From a virus: a stretch of 64,000 bases of DNA. How positions within the stretch are numbered: the stretch's first letter is position 1; each line of letters begins with the position of its first letter. Made by a program: the position numbers and the translations under genes. The stretch lies in IMG/VR virus record IMGVR_UViG_3300002098_000002; one strand, given 5' to 3'. Of this stretch, positions 29,964 through 37,770 are shown one piece after another. The notes under the pieces are model-generated. The model ran no database searches, was not told the origin of the DNA, and saw only the letters and a program-made list of their open reading frames with translations.

Positions 29964-30924
29964 TCCACATTTTACGGACAGGCCCCGTGATGAATACAGG
30001 TTTGGCCTGTTTCCATGGATCAGGAAACAACAACTAAAATACAAGCCATCAGCCACCATCATCCTTGGTGACCTGTGTGATAAAAAGGATCGTCATTCAG
30101 CCAAGCTAGTGAACCGGATTGTTGAAGGTATTGATAGCCTTGAACGCCCAATTTACGTCCTCATGGGCAATCATGACTACATTGACCCTGATAACCCCTT
30201 CTTCAAGTTCCTGAACCGCCTTGATGGCGTTGAGTTCTTTGTTCACCCCACCACGGTAGGTGAGCTAGGATTTATCCCCCACTGCCATGATGAAGCTGAT
30301 TTTAAGGAAGCTATTAAGGCTGTGAACGGCTGCAAAGTTCTGTTCCTTCATAACACCTTTGAAGGGGCTATAGCTGAAACCGGGGCGGCATTATCAGGCT
30401 TCAGCATGGCCCCCCTGAAGGCTTTAAAAGGCCCTGTGAGCGTTTTTGCGGGTGACGTGCACCGGCCACAACAAAGTGGCCCAATAACCTACGTAGGGGC
30501 ACCCTATAGCGTTAGGTTCGGTGATGATTTCACCCCTAGGTGCCTGCTCGTTCATGGTGATGGCACCTTAAACAATCTGTTCTTTGATTGCCCGCGCAAA
30601 TGGGGGCTGACCATCAAATCAGCCAAGGAACTACTGAAAAACGAAGAACTACTCGAAGGTGATCAGATCAAGGTCACGCTTGAACTGCCGCGTGAGGAAA
30701 TTGTGAACTGGAAAGAGCATAAGCAGGAAGTTCTTGATGCCTGCGCAAAGCTGAAGCTGGAAGTGTACGGTGTGAACATGAAGGGCAACGAACCGGTAAA
30801 GCGTGATAAGGTTTACGTGCCTATTTCAGCCCAGCAACCTTCTGACACACTGGCAGCCTTCTGTAAGGCTGAAAAGCTGGCAACTGAAATTGTCAGCATG
30901 GGTAAAGAGTTCCTGAAAGGCTGA
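29944..30924 (+). CDS. sbcD: SbcD/Mre11-like metallophosphoesterase nuclease
   Basis: MYLIIGDPHF (motif I), IILGDLCD (II), VLMGNHD (III), GDVH. The start at the internal ATG 29944 overlaps the upstream gene. Confidence 0.8.
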   Translation: MYLIIGDPHFTDRPRDEYRFGLFPWIRKQQLKYKPSATIILGDLCDKKDRHSAKLVNRIVEGIDSLERPIYVLMGNHDYIDPDNPFFKFLNRLDGVEFFVHPTTVGELGFIPHCHDEADFKEAIKAVNGCKVLFLHNTFEGAIAETGAALSGFSMAPLKALKGPVSVFAGDVHRPQQSGPITYVGAPYSVRFGDDFTPRCLLVHGDGTLNNLFFDCPRKWGLTIKSAKELLKNEELLEGDQIKVTLELPREEIVNWKEHKQEVLDACAKLKLEVYGVNMKGNEPVKRDKVYVPISAQQPSDTLAAFCKAEKLATEIVSMGKEFLKG

Positions 30925-30926
30925 CC

Positions 30927-32783
30927 GTGTTTGATATTCACCAGATCTGGCTGGACAATTTTAAGTCATTCAGGGGCAAGCACACCTTCAGGTTTCCTGA
31001 AGAAACCGGGCTGTATTTTGTCACCGGCAAAAACGAGGATTCGCCCCGGCTGGGTGCCAATGGCATTGGCAAGAGCACTTTGTTAGACGCTATCTACTGG
31101 TGCCTGTACGGGCGGACCCTTCGTGGCCTCAAAGCCAATGACGTTATTACGTGGGATGAGAAAACCTGCACAGTTTCATTGACTATGCAAGTAGGGGAAA
31201 TTCCTTTTAAAGTGACACGCGGGCAGAGCCCCAATTATCTTTCAATTGATGGCGTCAAAGTCGAACAGGAAGCTGTAAACGATCTTATCCGCCTGACCCC
31301 TGAAGCCTTTGTTTACGGGGTGATGCTCCCCCAATTTGGCCAGTCCTTCTTTGAACTAAAGCCCGCTGACAAGCTGACGTTATTCTCCCAAATCATGGGG
31401 TTGGATTACTGGCTTGAACGAAGTGAAAAGGCTGCCACTACAACAAAACAGTTTGAAGATGATATAGCAGCCGTAAGCAGCGCCATTGCTACAAGCAAAC
31501 GCCGCAAGGATGACACCCTTATTGATCTGAAAACACTGGAACGAAATGCTGAAATGGCTGAGGAGGCGGCAAAGGCTGCTGCTTTGGCTGTGAAGAAAGA
31601 AGCTGCTGCTTTATCCGCTCAAATCAAGATAATACTTGATAATTTCAATGATGCGGATGCTTGGCACAAAGAGCTGTTGGCAGAAGTTGAAATCAAGGAA
31701 GACAGCATTGAGCAAATGAAGAAGGTCGAGAAGGTTTACCTTGACCGCTCAAAGGCCCTGCACACAGAGCGCACCACACTGGGTGCACGTATGGAAGTGG
31801 CTTTTGAAGCCAAAGAATTACTCAACAAGCTTAAGGATGTTTGCCCTACCTGTAAGCAAAAGGTTGATAAGAAGCACTTAAATCAAGAACGGGCCAACCT
31901 TGAAAAAGCGCTTGAGGAACACCGGGTTGCTTTTGATGCTATGACCAAGAAGTGGGATATTGCCTACAGGTTTTATGAAAAGACGATGGTTTCCATTGAA
32001 GAGGCCAATAACGCCCTTAAAGCCGTAAACAGGGACGTCAGCAAAGCCCTTGTGAAGAAACAAACTGCCAATTCAGAGCTTTCATACCTTAAAAGCCGCA
32101 AGAAAGACATTGATGGTAAAGTCACTGTTAAGGAAAACCCTTACCGTGCAATGATTGAGTCCAAACTCACACAGCACGACAAACTGACCAAGGAAATAGC
32201 TACAGGCACACAGAAGCTGAATGACCTGAACGCTCAACATGCGGCTGCTATCTACTGGGTGGCAGGATTCAAGCGTGTTAGGCTCTTCATTATTGAGGAA
32301 ACCCTTAAGGCCCTTGAAATGGAAGTTAACAGCAGCCTGACCAGCCTTGGCCTTGTTGATTGGCAGATTGAGTTTGACGTTGAGCGCGAGAACAAGTCAG
32401 GGGGCGTCACCAAGGGCTTTGTGGTCTTTGTGCGCAGCCCTGACCACCCTGAGCCTGTACGCTTTGAAAGCTGGTCGGGCGGTGAAACACAGCGGCTTCA
32501 ATTGGCCGGTGACCTAGGGTTAGCCAACCTAATTATGCAGCAAGCCGGGCTTGTCAGCACAATAGAGATGCTTGATGAACCTTCGGAACATTTAAGCACT
32601 GAGGGGGTCATGGACCTTGTTGAAACACTGGCACAGCGTGCTATCCATGATGACAAGCGTATCCTGCTTGTGGATCACCGCACCATTGATTTCAGTGGTT
32701 TCACGGATACGATCAACATCATCAAAACTGAAGATGGCTCTGCCTTTGAAAAGAGGCCCGCTCTAGTTAAAGAGCGGGCCTGA
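30927..32783 (+). CDS. sbcC: SbcC/Rad50-like SMC ATPase
   Basis: N-terminal Walker A GANGIGKSTLLDAIYWCLYG, a long coiled coil with a CPTCKQ zinc hook, signature SGGETQRL, Walker B MLDEP. GTG start. Confidence 0.85.
   Translation: MFDIHQIWLDNFKSFRGKHTFRFPEETGLYFVTGKNEDSPRLGANGIGKSTLLDAIYWCLYGRTLRGLKANDVITWDEKTCTVSLTMQVGEIPFKVTRGQSPNYLSIDGVKVEQEAVNDLIRLTPEAFVYGVMLPQFGQSFFELKPADKLTLFSQIMGLDYWLERSEKAATTTKQFEDDIAAVSSAIATSKRRKDDTLIDLKTLERNAEMAEEAAKAAALAVKKEAAALSAQIKIILDNFNDADAWHKELLAEVEIKEDSIEQMKKVEKVYLDRSKALHTERTTLGARMEVAFEAKELLNKLKDVCPTCKQKVDKKHLNQERANLEKALEEHRVAFDAMTKKWDIAYRFYEKTMVSIEEANNALKAVNRDVSKALVKKQTANSELSYLKSRKKDIDGKVTVKENPYRAMIESKLTQHDKLTKEIATGTQKLNDLNAQHAAAIYWVAGFKRVRLFIIEETLKALEMEVNSSLTSLGLVDWQIEFDVERENKSGGVTKGFVVFVRSPDHPEPVRFESWSGGETQRLQLAGDLGLANLIMQQAGLVSTIEMLDEPSEHLSTEGVMDLVETLAQRAIHDDKRILLVDHRTIDFSGFTDTINIIKTEDGSAFEKRPALVKERA
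32755..32780. terminator. perfect 10-bp GC-rich hairpin at the convergence point of the two arms
   Basis: GGCCCGCTCT-AGTTAA-AGAGCGGGCC lies within the last codons of the SbcC-like gene. The first minus-strand stop is 41 nt away. No flanking T runs. Confidence 0.45.
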
Positions 32784-32820
32784 GTTTCAACAGGAGAAGG
32801 CCATGACTACATGGCCCACC

Positions 32821-32985
32821 TTATGTAACATTCATACCGCGCAGAACCAAGTAAATTAAACCGCAAGCCACGGCCCCAATGGCACTAAAAATTCCATAGT
32901 AGACCCAAGTGATGAAACGGTAGGTGTATGGCTCCGATTTAACGAAGCCATAAGCACCACATTCCTTGATGTACTTTACTTTCAT
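32821..32985 (-). CDS. small membrane protein
   Basis: 54 aa, below the ORF-track cutoff. The ATG overlaps the upstream TGA (ATGA). C-terminal TM helix YYGIFSAIGAVACGLIYLVL. Confidence 0.5.
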   Translation of the reverse strand: MKVKYIKECGAYGFVKSEPYTYRFITWVYYGIFSAIGAVACGLIYLVLRGMNVT

Positions 32986-33563
32986 AGGCTAGCCAAACTT
33001 CCGTGCGGATTAACTATCTTGTATCCACGGATATCGCGCTCATGTAGCCGTGATTGGTGACCACCTGAGTTGTAGTCGGCCACAAGCCACACGGTGCCTT
33101 GCACATGCTGCCTTAGGACAAATACATGGTGGCTGCGGACTGCTACCATTTTATAGGCCGGTGCGGCTGGTGGAAACTTATAAAAAGCCCTTGCTGGCCA
33201 CAGATCACGATGATCTCTACCGTTGCCACCAAGGACATCTACAGCAGCACCACAGGCACAAAAAGCGGTGCGTGGACACCCAGCGGGGTGAGGCAAGAAT
33301 GTTACGTTACCTGCAACACGGGTGCGCTTCTCAGAACGCTGCACAGCCTGATAGTTCGTGCTGATAACCCGGCACCGGCCGTCGTTGTCACATTCATTTA
33401 CTGCAACAGGCTGCACCACGTCTGTTCGAATTCGCTTCTGATGGTGACGCTTATAGTGCTTTGCATCAGCAACACCGATGCTCAAAACTGTTACTGCCAA
33501 CAAGGCGGTAAAAAATCGCAGTATCATGTCATAGCTCCGTATTTGTTTTCGGGGCGTGTCCAA
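32982..33563 (-). CDS. secreted cysteine-peptidase-like protein (NlpC/P60- or CHAP-like, putative)
   Basis: Signal peptide MILRFFTALLAVTVLSIGVADA, starting at the second ATG (33527). CPRTAFCACGAAV ... HHVFVL ... DYNSGGH gives a Cys...His...polar spacing reminiscent of CHAP/NlpC amidases. Confidence 0.4.
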   Translation of the reverse strand: MDTPRKQIRSYDMILRFFTALLAVTVLSIGVADAKHYKRHHQKRIRTDVVQPVAVNECDNDGRCRVISTNYQAVQRSEKRTRVAGNVTFLPHPAGCPRTAFCACGAAVDVLGGNGRDHRDLWPARAFYKFPPAAPAYKMVAVRSHHVFVLRQHVQGTVWLVADYNSGGHQSRLHERDIRGYKIVNPHGSLASL

Positions 33564-33617
33564 CGGACACAGGCAAGACTTGCGCTCAACTGACTCCGTG
33601 TTGTTGGTGATGTGCTG

Positions 33618-33646
33618 AATTTAGCGGCTGACCAAAAGCGGGTCAA
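33618..33646 (-). promoter_or_regulatory. candidate sigma70-type promoter for the secreted peptidase-like gene
   Basis: Read on the minus strand: TTGACC (33646-33641), a 17 nt spacer, then TAAATT (33623-33618). Confidence 0.4.
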
Positions 33647-33679
33647 GCAGAATTGACTAGGTTAAAAACCCTAGGATAT

Positions 33680-34036
33680 TCAGCGCATAATCTTGTTATT
33701 AGATTCCATGAATCTATCTAATTTGTCTTCGTATCTGTCCATGCGGGCCTCTATAGCCTTTGTCAGCTCCTGAAAGCTGTCGCGACGCATGAATACTTTG
33801 TATGCCTCTAGTTCTACTACGGCTATTTTTTCACGGATAGCAGAAACGGATTCACCAAAAGAACGGGCCATGTTGTCAATATCCGCGTCTGTTTGCTCCC
33901 GCATTTTATTTATTTCTTTGTGGAGCTGATCACGGACAGTATCCTTGATTTTGCCAAGCCCTACCGTCAGGGCGACAAAAGCTACAATTATGTTTAAGAA
34001 GAATGACGCTAGGGCAATCCATTCAGCAACCCCCAT
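33680..34036 (-). CDS. type-II membrane protein with coiled-coil ectodomain
   Basis: 118 aa. N-terminal TM WIALASFFLNIIVAFVALTVGLG, then a charged helical domain. It is the last gene of the lysis cluster. Confidence 0.6.
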   Translation of the reverse strand: MGVAEWIALASFFLNIIVAFVALTVGLGKIKDTVRDQLHKEINKMREQTDADIDNMARSFGESVSAIREKIAVVELEAYKVFMRRDSFQELTKAIEARMDRYEDKLDRFMESNNKIMR

Positions 34037-34045
34037 AAGATCCTC

Positions 34046-34342
34046 TTATTTTCCTGCTTCAAATCGGTTTCTTACGCCTTCGAAACAGGAACGTGCCTTT
34101 ATGATCCTGCCATTCGCCAAGCCCAACTTTTGCCTGTATTTCGCAAGAAGAGCAAGGGCGCTGTCAGCTATCTTTGCGGTATCAATGGGGTCAGGAACTG
34201 TAACTAGGATACTTTCACAGGCTTCAGGAACGGCCGTCTGAAGCGTAGGTGTACCGAAGTCACTTGATCCCGCGCAATTGGTTAAGATCGTTAGCGTCGA
34301 GAGGGCAACTGCCACCCTGCCTAGTTGCCAGCTTTTTCTCAT
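34046..34342 (-). CDS. o-spanin-like lipoprotein (putative, atypical lipobox)
   Basis: The internal ATG gives MRKSWQLGRVAVALSTLTILTNCAGSS, a signal-like segment ending in Cys. It starts inside the 3' end of the i-spanin-like gene in another frame (overlapped architecture). The -1 residue N is non-canonical for a lipobox. Confidence 0.45.
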   Translation of the reverse strand: MRKSWQLGRVAVALSTLTILTNCAGSSDFGTPTLQTAVPEACESILVTVPDPIDTAKIADSALALLAKYRQKLGLANGRIIKARSCFEGVRNRFEAGK

Positions 34343-34718
34343 AATTATCAATCTGCTTTTGAAACGAATCTGCCTGCTTCTGCAACTCAACCTGAGCCGC
34401 CTTAACCTTGGCTTCAGCTTCTTTCCTGATATTTGTAGCCAGTTCAGCCTTTTCCTGCACAACCTTAAGGTTGGCTGCATCCCAACGGCCCTTACACTCA
34501 GCTTCCCCAGCGTTATAGCCAGTTGAGAAGAAGTATGCCTGAGCTACCGTAAAAACGGTAGTGGCTATGGCTATGTTAAGAAGTTGATGCTTGTAAGTGA
34601 CAAGCAGCGCGGGGGTAAAGAACCATGCGGCCCAAGCCGCTGCCGCTACGATGGCACCTATGCCACCCCAACTGAAGACCTCGTTATAAATCCAACCCCA
34701 AATAATACTCAACATCAA
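34260..34718 (-). CDS. i-spanin-like protein with two N-terminal TM segments
   Basis: 152 aa. Hydrophobic GGIGAIVAAAAWAAWFFTPALLV and LLNIAIATTVFTVAQAYFF, then the coiled coil NLKVVQEKAELATNIRKEAEAKVKAAQVELQKQADSFQKQIDNYEKKL. ATGA overlap with the holin-like gene. Confidence 0.5.
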   Translation of the reverse strand: MMLSIIWGWIYNEVFSWGGIGAIVAAAAWAAWFFTPALLVTYKHQLLNIAIATTVFTVAQAYFFSTGYNAGEAECKGRWDAANLKVVQEKAELATNIRKEAEAKVKAAQVELQKQADSFQKQIDNYEKKLATRQGGSCPLDANDLNQLRGIK

Positions 34719-35038
34719 TCTGCCCTCGAAGATTTAACAACGCTTCGTTCAGACATGGCAAGTTGGCGCTCTTGTGAGCCTTTCCACACATGAACACCAA
34801 GGACGGCAAAGCGCCCGGTTAGATAAAAAGTTATAATTGGAGTCAAGTCTACTAGGGCTTTGACTACAAACTGGTGCCCCATTGCTACCGAAAACATAGT
34901 CCCGGCAACAACAAGGGGCATTTCAATTGTAAGTTCCCATGCCTGAACAGCACGCCAGCGGCCCCACCAGCCATCCCCAGTGGCCTGCTGGTCTAAAAGA
35001 TCATCTGTGGCGTCATCATTAGCCACTTGCCCACTCAT
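34715..35038 (-). CDS. holin-like protein (2 TM)
   Basis: 107 aa immediately after the endolysin. Two hydrophobic helices (MPLVVAGTMFSVAMGHQFVV and LTPIITFYLTGRFAVLGV) and a charged C-terminus. Confidence 0.5.
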   Translation of the reverse strand: MSGQVANDDATDDLLDQQATGDGWWGRWRAVQAWELTIEMPLVVAGTMFSVAMGHQFVVKALVDLTPIITFYLTGRFAVLGVHVWKGSQERQLAMSERSVVKSSRAD

Positions 35039-35654
35039 TTGTCAGTTCTTCATCAGTACCTGCGTAACTGTCCATATCAATTTGGTTGCCGGGGTTAATA
35101 CCGGGTACAGTTATCTCGTTGTTGTTTACACCATCTCCTGAGAACTGATGCAAAAAATAATTATCCCAAGCCGGTGGCCACTTAGGTTTGTTGTTGTAGT
35201 GTGCCAGCCAGAGCTTATGCGATCCGAAGAATTCACTGTCAGCATCACCAAGTTGTTCCTTGATCAGGTTACCGCTGTAAAGGACAAGCTTACGGCCTAG
35301 CTGGTCACGGGCGCTTTCAAGGAAAGCCTGAGCTCCATCTAAATCAAGTTCGTTGCCCTTGTTTGGCTCATGATCCAAAGCCATGAGGGTGTTGGCATCA
35401 GCACCGGCTACATCAAGGAAGTGCTTAACCTGAAGGTCTACATCGTCAGCCGTGGCAAAATGGTAAAAGCCAATAAGGAGGCCAGCTTTTTTGGCTGCTT
35501 CAGCTCGGGGTTTCGCTGTTGGATCTATGTAAGCAACACCTTGTGTTGCTTTAAAAATAACACCTCTTATGCCAAAAGCATACATCTTCTCAAAGCCGCC
35601 CGGATCAACAGTATTGTGATGCGAAATATCAATGACCTTAAGGTTCGGCATCAA
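35019..35654 (-). CDS. glycoside hydrolase family 25 endolysin (muramidase)
   Basis: VIDISHHN, GIRGVIFKATQG, FYHFA and LALDHEP match the GH25 lysozyme pattern. Confidence 0.85.
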   Translation of the reverse strand: MMPNLKVIDISHHNTVDPGGFEKMYAFGIRGVIFKATQGVAYIDPTAKPRAEAAKKAGLLIGFYHFATADDVDLQVKHFLDVAGADANTLMALDHEPNKGNELDLDGAQAFLESARDQLGRKLVLYSGNLIKEQLGDADSEFFGSHKLWLAHYNNKPKWPPAWDNYFLHQFSGDGVNNNEITVPGINPGNQIDMDSYAGTDEELTNEWASG

Positions 35655-36163
35655 ACACCCCTTGCGTAAGAACTGTTAATTTTAATAGCTTTTTCCACAT
35701 AAGCTGTGTGTGCTTCTTCAGGGGTATTAAAATACCCTAATTGAACTCTTTTACCATTAATCATAATAGAAGACCGCCATTTATTACATTTCTTAGATAC
35801 ACCTTTGTACAGATTCTTAGAATCTGATCTTTTCTTTCTGTTTGCGCAATTTTGTTTTGGTGTTGCTTCCCTTAAGTTATTAAACCTGTTGTTGCTTTTA
35901 TTAAGATCTTTATGATCAACTTCAGAAGTTGCCCAAGCACCTGTTTTATAAAACCACACCAAGCAATGCACCAGATACGTAAAACCATCGATCTTCAAAC
36001 GAACATATCCATCTTTGGATATATTTCCTGCAATAGACCCAATTTTTGCAAGTCTGCCTCTATGCACTTTCCAAGTAAACTTCCCTGAATCTTCCTCATA
36101 GACAAGAAGTTCTTTAATACGCAAAAGTGTCAAGCCACGATCACGGTACTTGTGATGCTTCAT
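35651..36163 (-). CDS. HNH_3 homing endonuclease with AP2-like DNA-binding domain
   Basis: GKFTWKV...GY...YLVHCLVWF...EVDHKDLNKSNNRFNNLREAT is an HNH_3 motif. YKGVSKKCNKWRSSIMINGKRVQLGYFNTPEEAHTAY is an AP2-like domain. Confidence 0.8.
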   Translation of the reverse strand: MKHHKYRDRGLTLLRIKELLVYEEDSGKFTWKVHRGRLAKIGSIAGNISKDGYVRLKIDGFTYLVHCLVWFYKTGAWATSEVDHKDLNKSNNRFNNLREATPKQNCANRKKRSDSKNLYKGVSKKCNKWRSSIMINGKRVQLGYFNTPEEAHTAYVEKAIKINSSYARGV

Positions 36164-36169
36164 ATGTTT

Positions 36170-36604
36170 TTACCTTACTAGGTAGCCGCCTGATGATCTG
36201 GGGTACAGGTAGATGGACTGGTAAGCAGTTGTCAGTGTCCGGGTTGCTGAGCCGTTGATGGTGTCACCACCAGAGCAGAGCAGAACTGAGTTTGTACCGC
36301 TAAAGATAGTGCCAGCAGCGCCATAAATAACAATTGGGCCAGTCTTTACCGAACTCAATGGCAATGTAATCGTTGGTGCTGGGGCAGTAATAAGGATTGT
36401 TGTGTCAGTCGCCAGAACTGTGAAACTACCAGATGATGAAATTGTGCGTGGTGTCGGAAGAAATATTCCTTCCCCCAATTGTGTTAGTGCTGTTGATAGA
36501 TCAGTGAAGATTGAATTCCATGTTGCAGAACGGATAACTTCGCCCGGTGCCGCATTCTGTGCACCAGTTGGGGGGGTATACACGCCTGAATTTGAGAACG
36601 GCAA
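36170..36604 (-). CDS. tail fibre-associated protein (shares N-terminal module with 36677-37585)
   Basis: MPFSNSGVYTPPTGA...ATWNSIFTDLSTALTQLG parallels MPRNGSGQYSLPEAA...AVNSDFSDIASALTGSV of the neighbouring fibre. Confidence 0.55.
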   Translation of the reverse strand: MPFSNSGVYTPPTGAQNAAPGEVIRSATWNSIFTDLSTALTQLGEGIFLPTPRTISSSGSFTVLATDTTILITAPAPTITLPLSSVKTGPIVIYGAAGTIFSGTNSVLLCSGGDTINGSATRTLTTAYQSIYLYPRSSGGYLVR

Positions 36605-36676
36605 GTTACTGGCCCCCCTTGTATTTTAAACCGGCAACAGAAAAGAAAGAGTTAACGCCTGCTGCATTAAATGGCA

Positions 36677-37585
36677 TTATGGGTGCCCCGCGAAGATAAT
36701 CTTATTCACAATAAGTGTTGGTTGTACGTTATTATGTGACACATCTGAACCCATGGCACTTGTTGTGCCAGTAATTGCCCCTGTAGAAACAAGGCCGATA
36801 CCAGTGCCAACACCAAGGGAACCCAAAGGTGGGCCAGTGTCTGGTGGAGTCTGAAGACCCCCGAAATTAAGAATATCAGATCTCGTTGACGTAACAGTTG
36901 CAGAACCTGAAACAGTCAATCCTGCTGATGGAAGATTGGCTTGTGAAAGTTGAATGGTTTGTGCACCACCCACACCACCGACTGTGTTTGCGTCAGGGGA
37001 AATAATTGTTGACGTAAGTCTGCCAGCGCCACTGCCCCCCATATTGTCGCGGCCAGCGGTAACGCGGCCACGGCAGTCAGGCAAATTGAAAGTGGTGGAT
37101 CCGTCACCAGAACCGAATGTTGTGCCAATTACTTGAAATAGCTCAACATATGTTGTCCTAGAAACAGCCTGACCGTATGGCAAGAACCATCCCACAGGGG
37201 CAGTACTGCCACCATAATCCAATATGATACCAATAGGTATCAGGACTGCGCTCCCCTGACCAAGCAAACCAGAACCAGCGTTTGCTGTGGGGGCTGTGAA
37301 CAGAAAACCTTCTATTCCTATAAGTGCTAAACCTACAATACCAGCGCTTAGATGGTAAAAACCATCATTTGTATTGGTGTTAAAAGTAACTGACGGCGCA
37401 GATGGGCTGCCATCTGAGAACTTCAGGGGGGCACTGATGGGTGTTTGACCGTCAGACGCAACCGATCCGGTCAGTGCGCTTGCAATATCACTGAAATCAC
37501 TGTTAACAGCGCTAGAAGATATAGTACTTCCGGGGATAAAAGCTGCCTCTGGAAGACTGTATTGCCCGCTGCCGTTTCTTGGCAT
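36677..37585 (-). CDS. tail fibre protein with phage tail-collar domain
   Basis: TTFNLPDCRGRVTAGRDNMGG ... HNNVQPTLIVNKIIF matches the Collar domain signature (F-x-LPD-x-RGR ... H-x-N-x-QP). Confidence 0.75.
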   Translation of the reverse strand: MPRNGSGQYSLPEAAFIPGSTISSSAVNSDFSDIASALTGSVASDGQTPISAPLKFSDGSPSAPSVTFNTNTNDGFYHLSAGIVGLALIGIEGFLFTAPTANAGSGLLGQGSAVLIPIGIILDYGGSTAPVGWFLPYGQAVSRTTYVELFQVIGTTFGSGDGSTTFNLPDCRGRVTAGRDNMGGSGAGRLTSTIISPDANTVGGVGGAQTIQLSQANLPSAGLTVSGSATVTSTRSDILNFGGLQTPPDTGPPLGSLGVGTGIGLVSTGAITGTTSAMGSDVSHNNVQPTLIVNKIIFAGHP

Positions 37586-37770
37586 CTTTTTACCTTAAAG
37601 CATGAGATTTAAGTGCGTTACTTCTTTATGTTACTCACCTTCTTCGTACTCATACTTTTAGTTCATAAGGTAGTCCGTTGGGGTGTCAGTATTAACCCTA
37701 TCTGGACCTTTATCCTTGGTATGACCCTCTTAACGTCAATCGCTGTTTACATCGATAGAAAAGAAGGCCG

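Noticed and set aside
34343-34480. The upstream 46 codons of ORF 34046-34480 (Arg/Leu-rich).
   Set aside because: This part is an off-frame overlap with the coiled-coil part of the i-spanin-like gene. A signal-sequence-like start begins only at the internal ATG (34342).
37586-37770. 185-nt intergenic region between the 716-aa gene and the fibre gene. It has TTGACG and TTAAGAG motifs and an 11-codon ORF.
   Set aside because: I found no convincing -10 element at proper spacing, no stable terminator hairpin, and the ORF is too short. It is noted only as a place to look for a late promoter.
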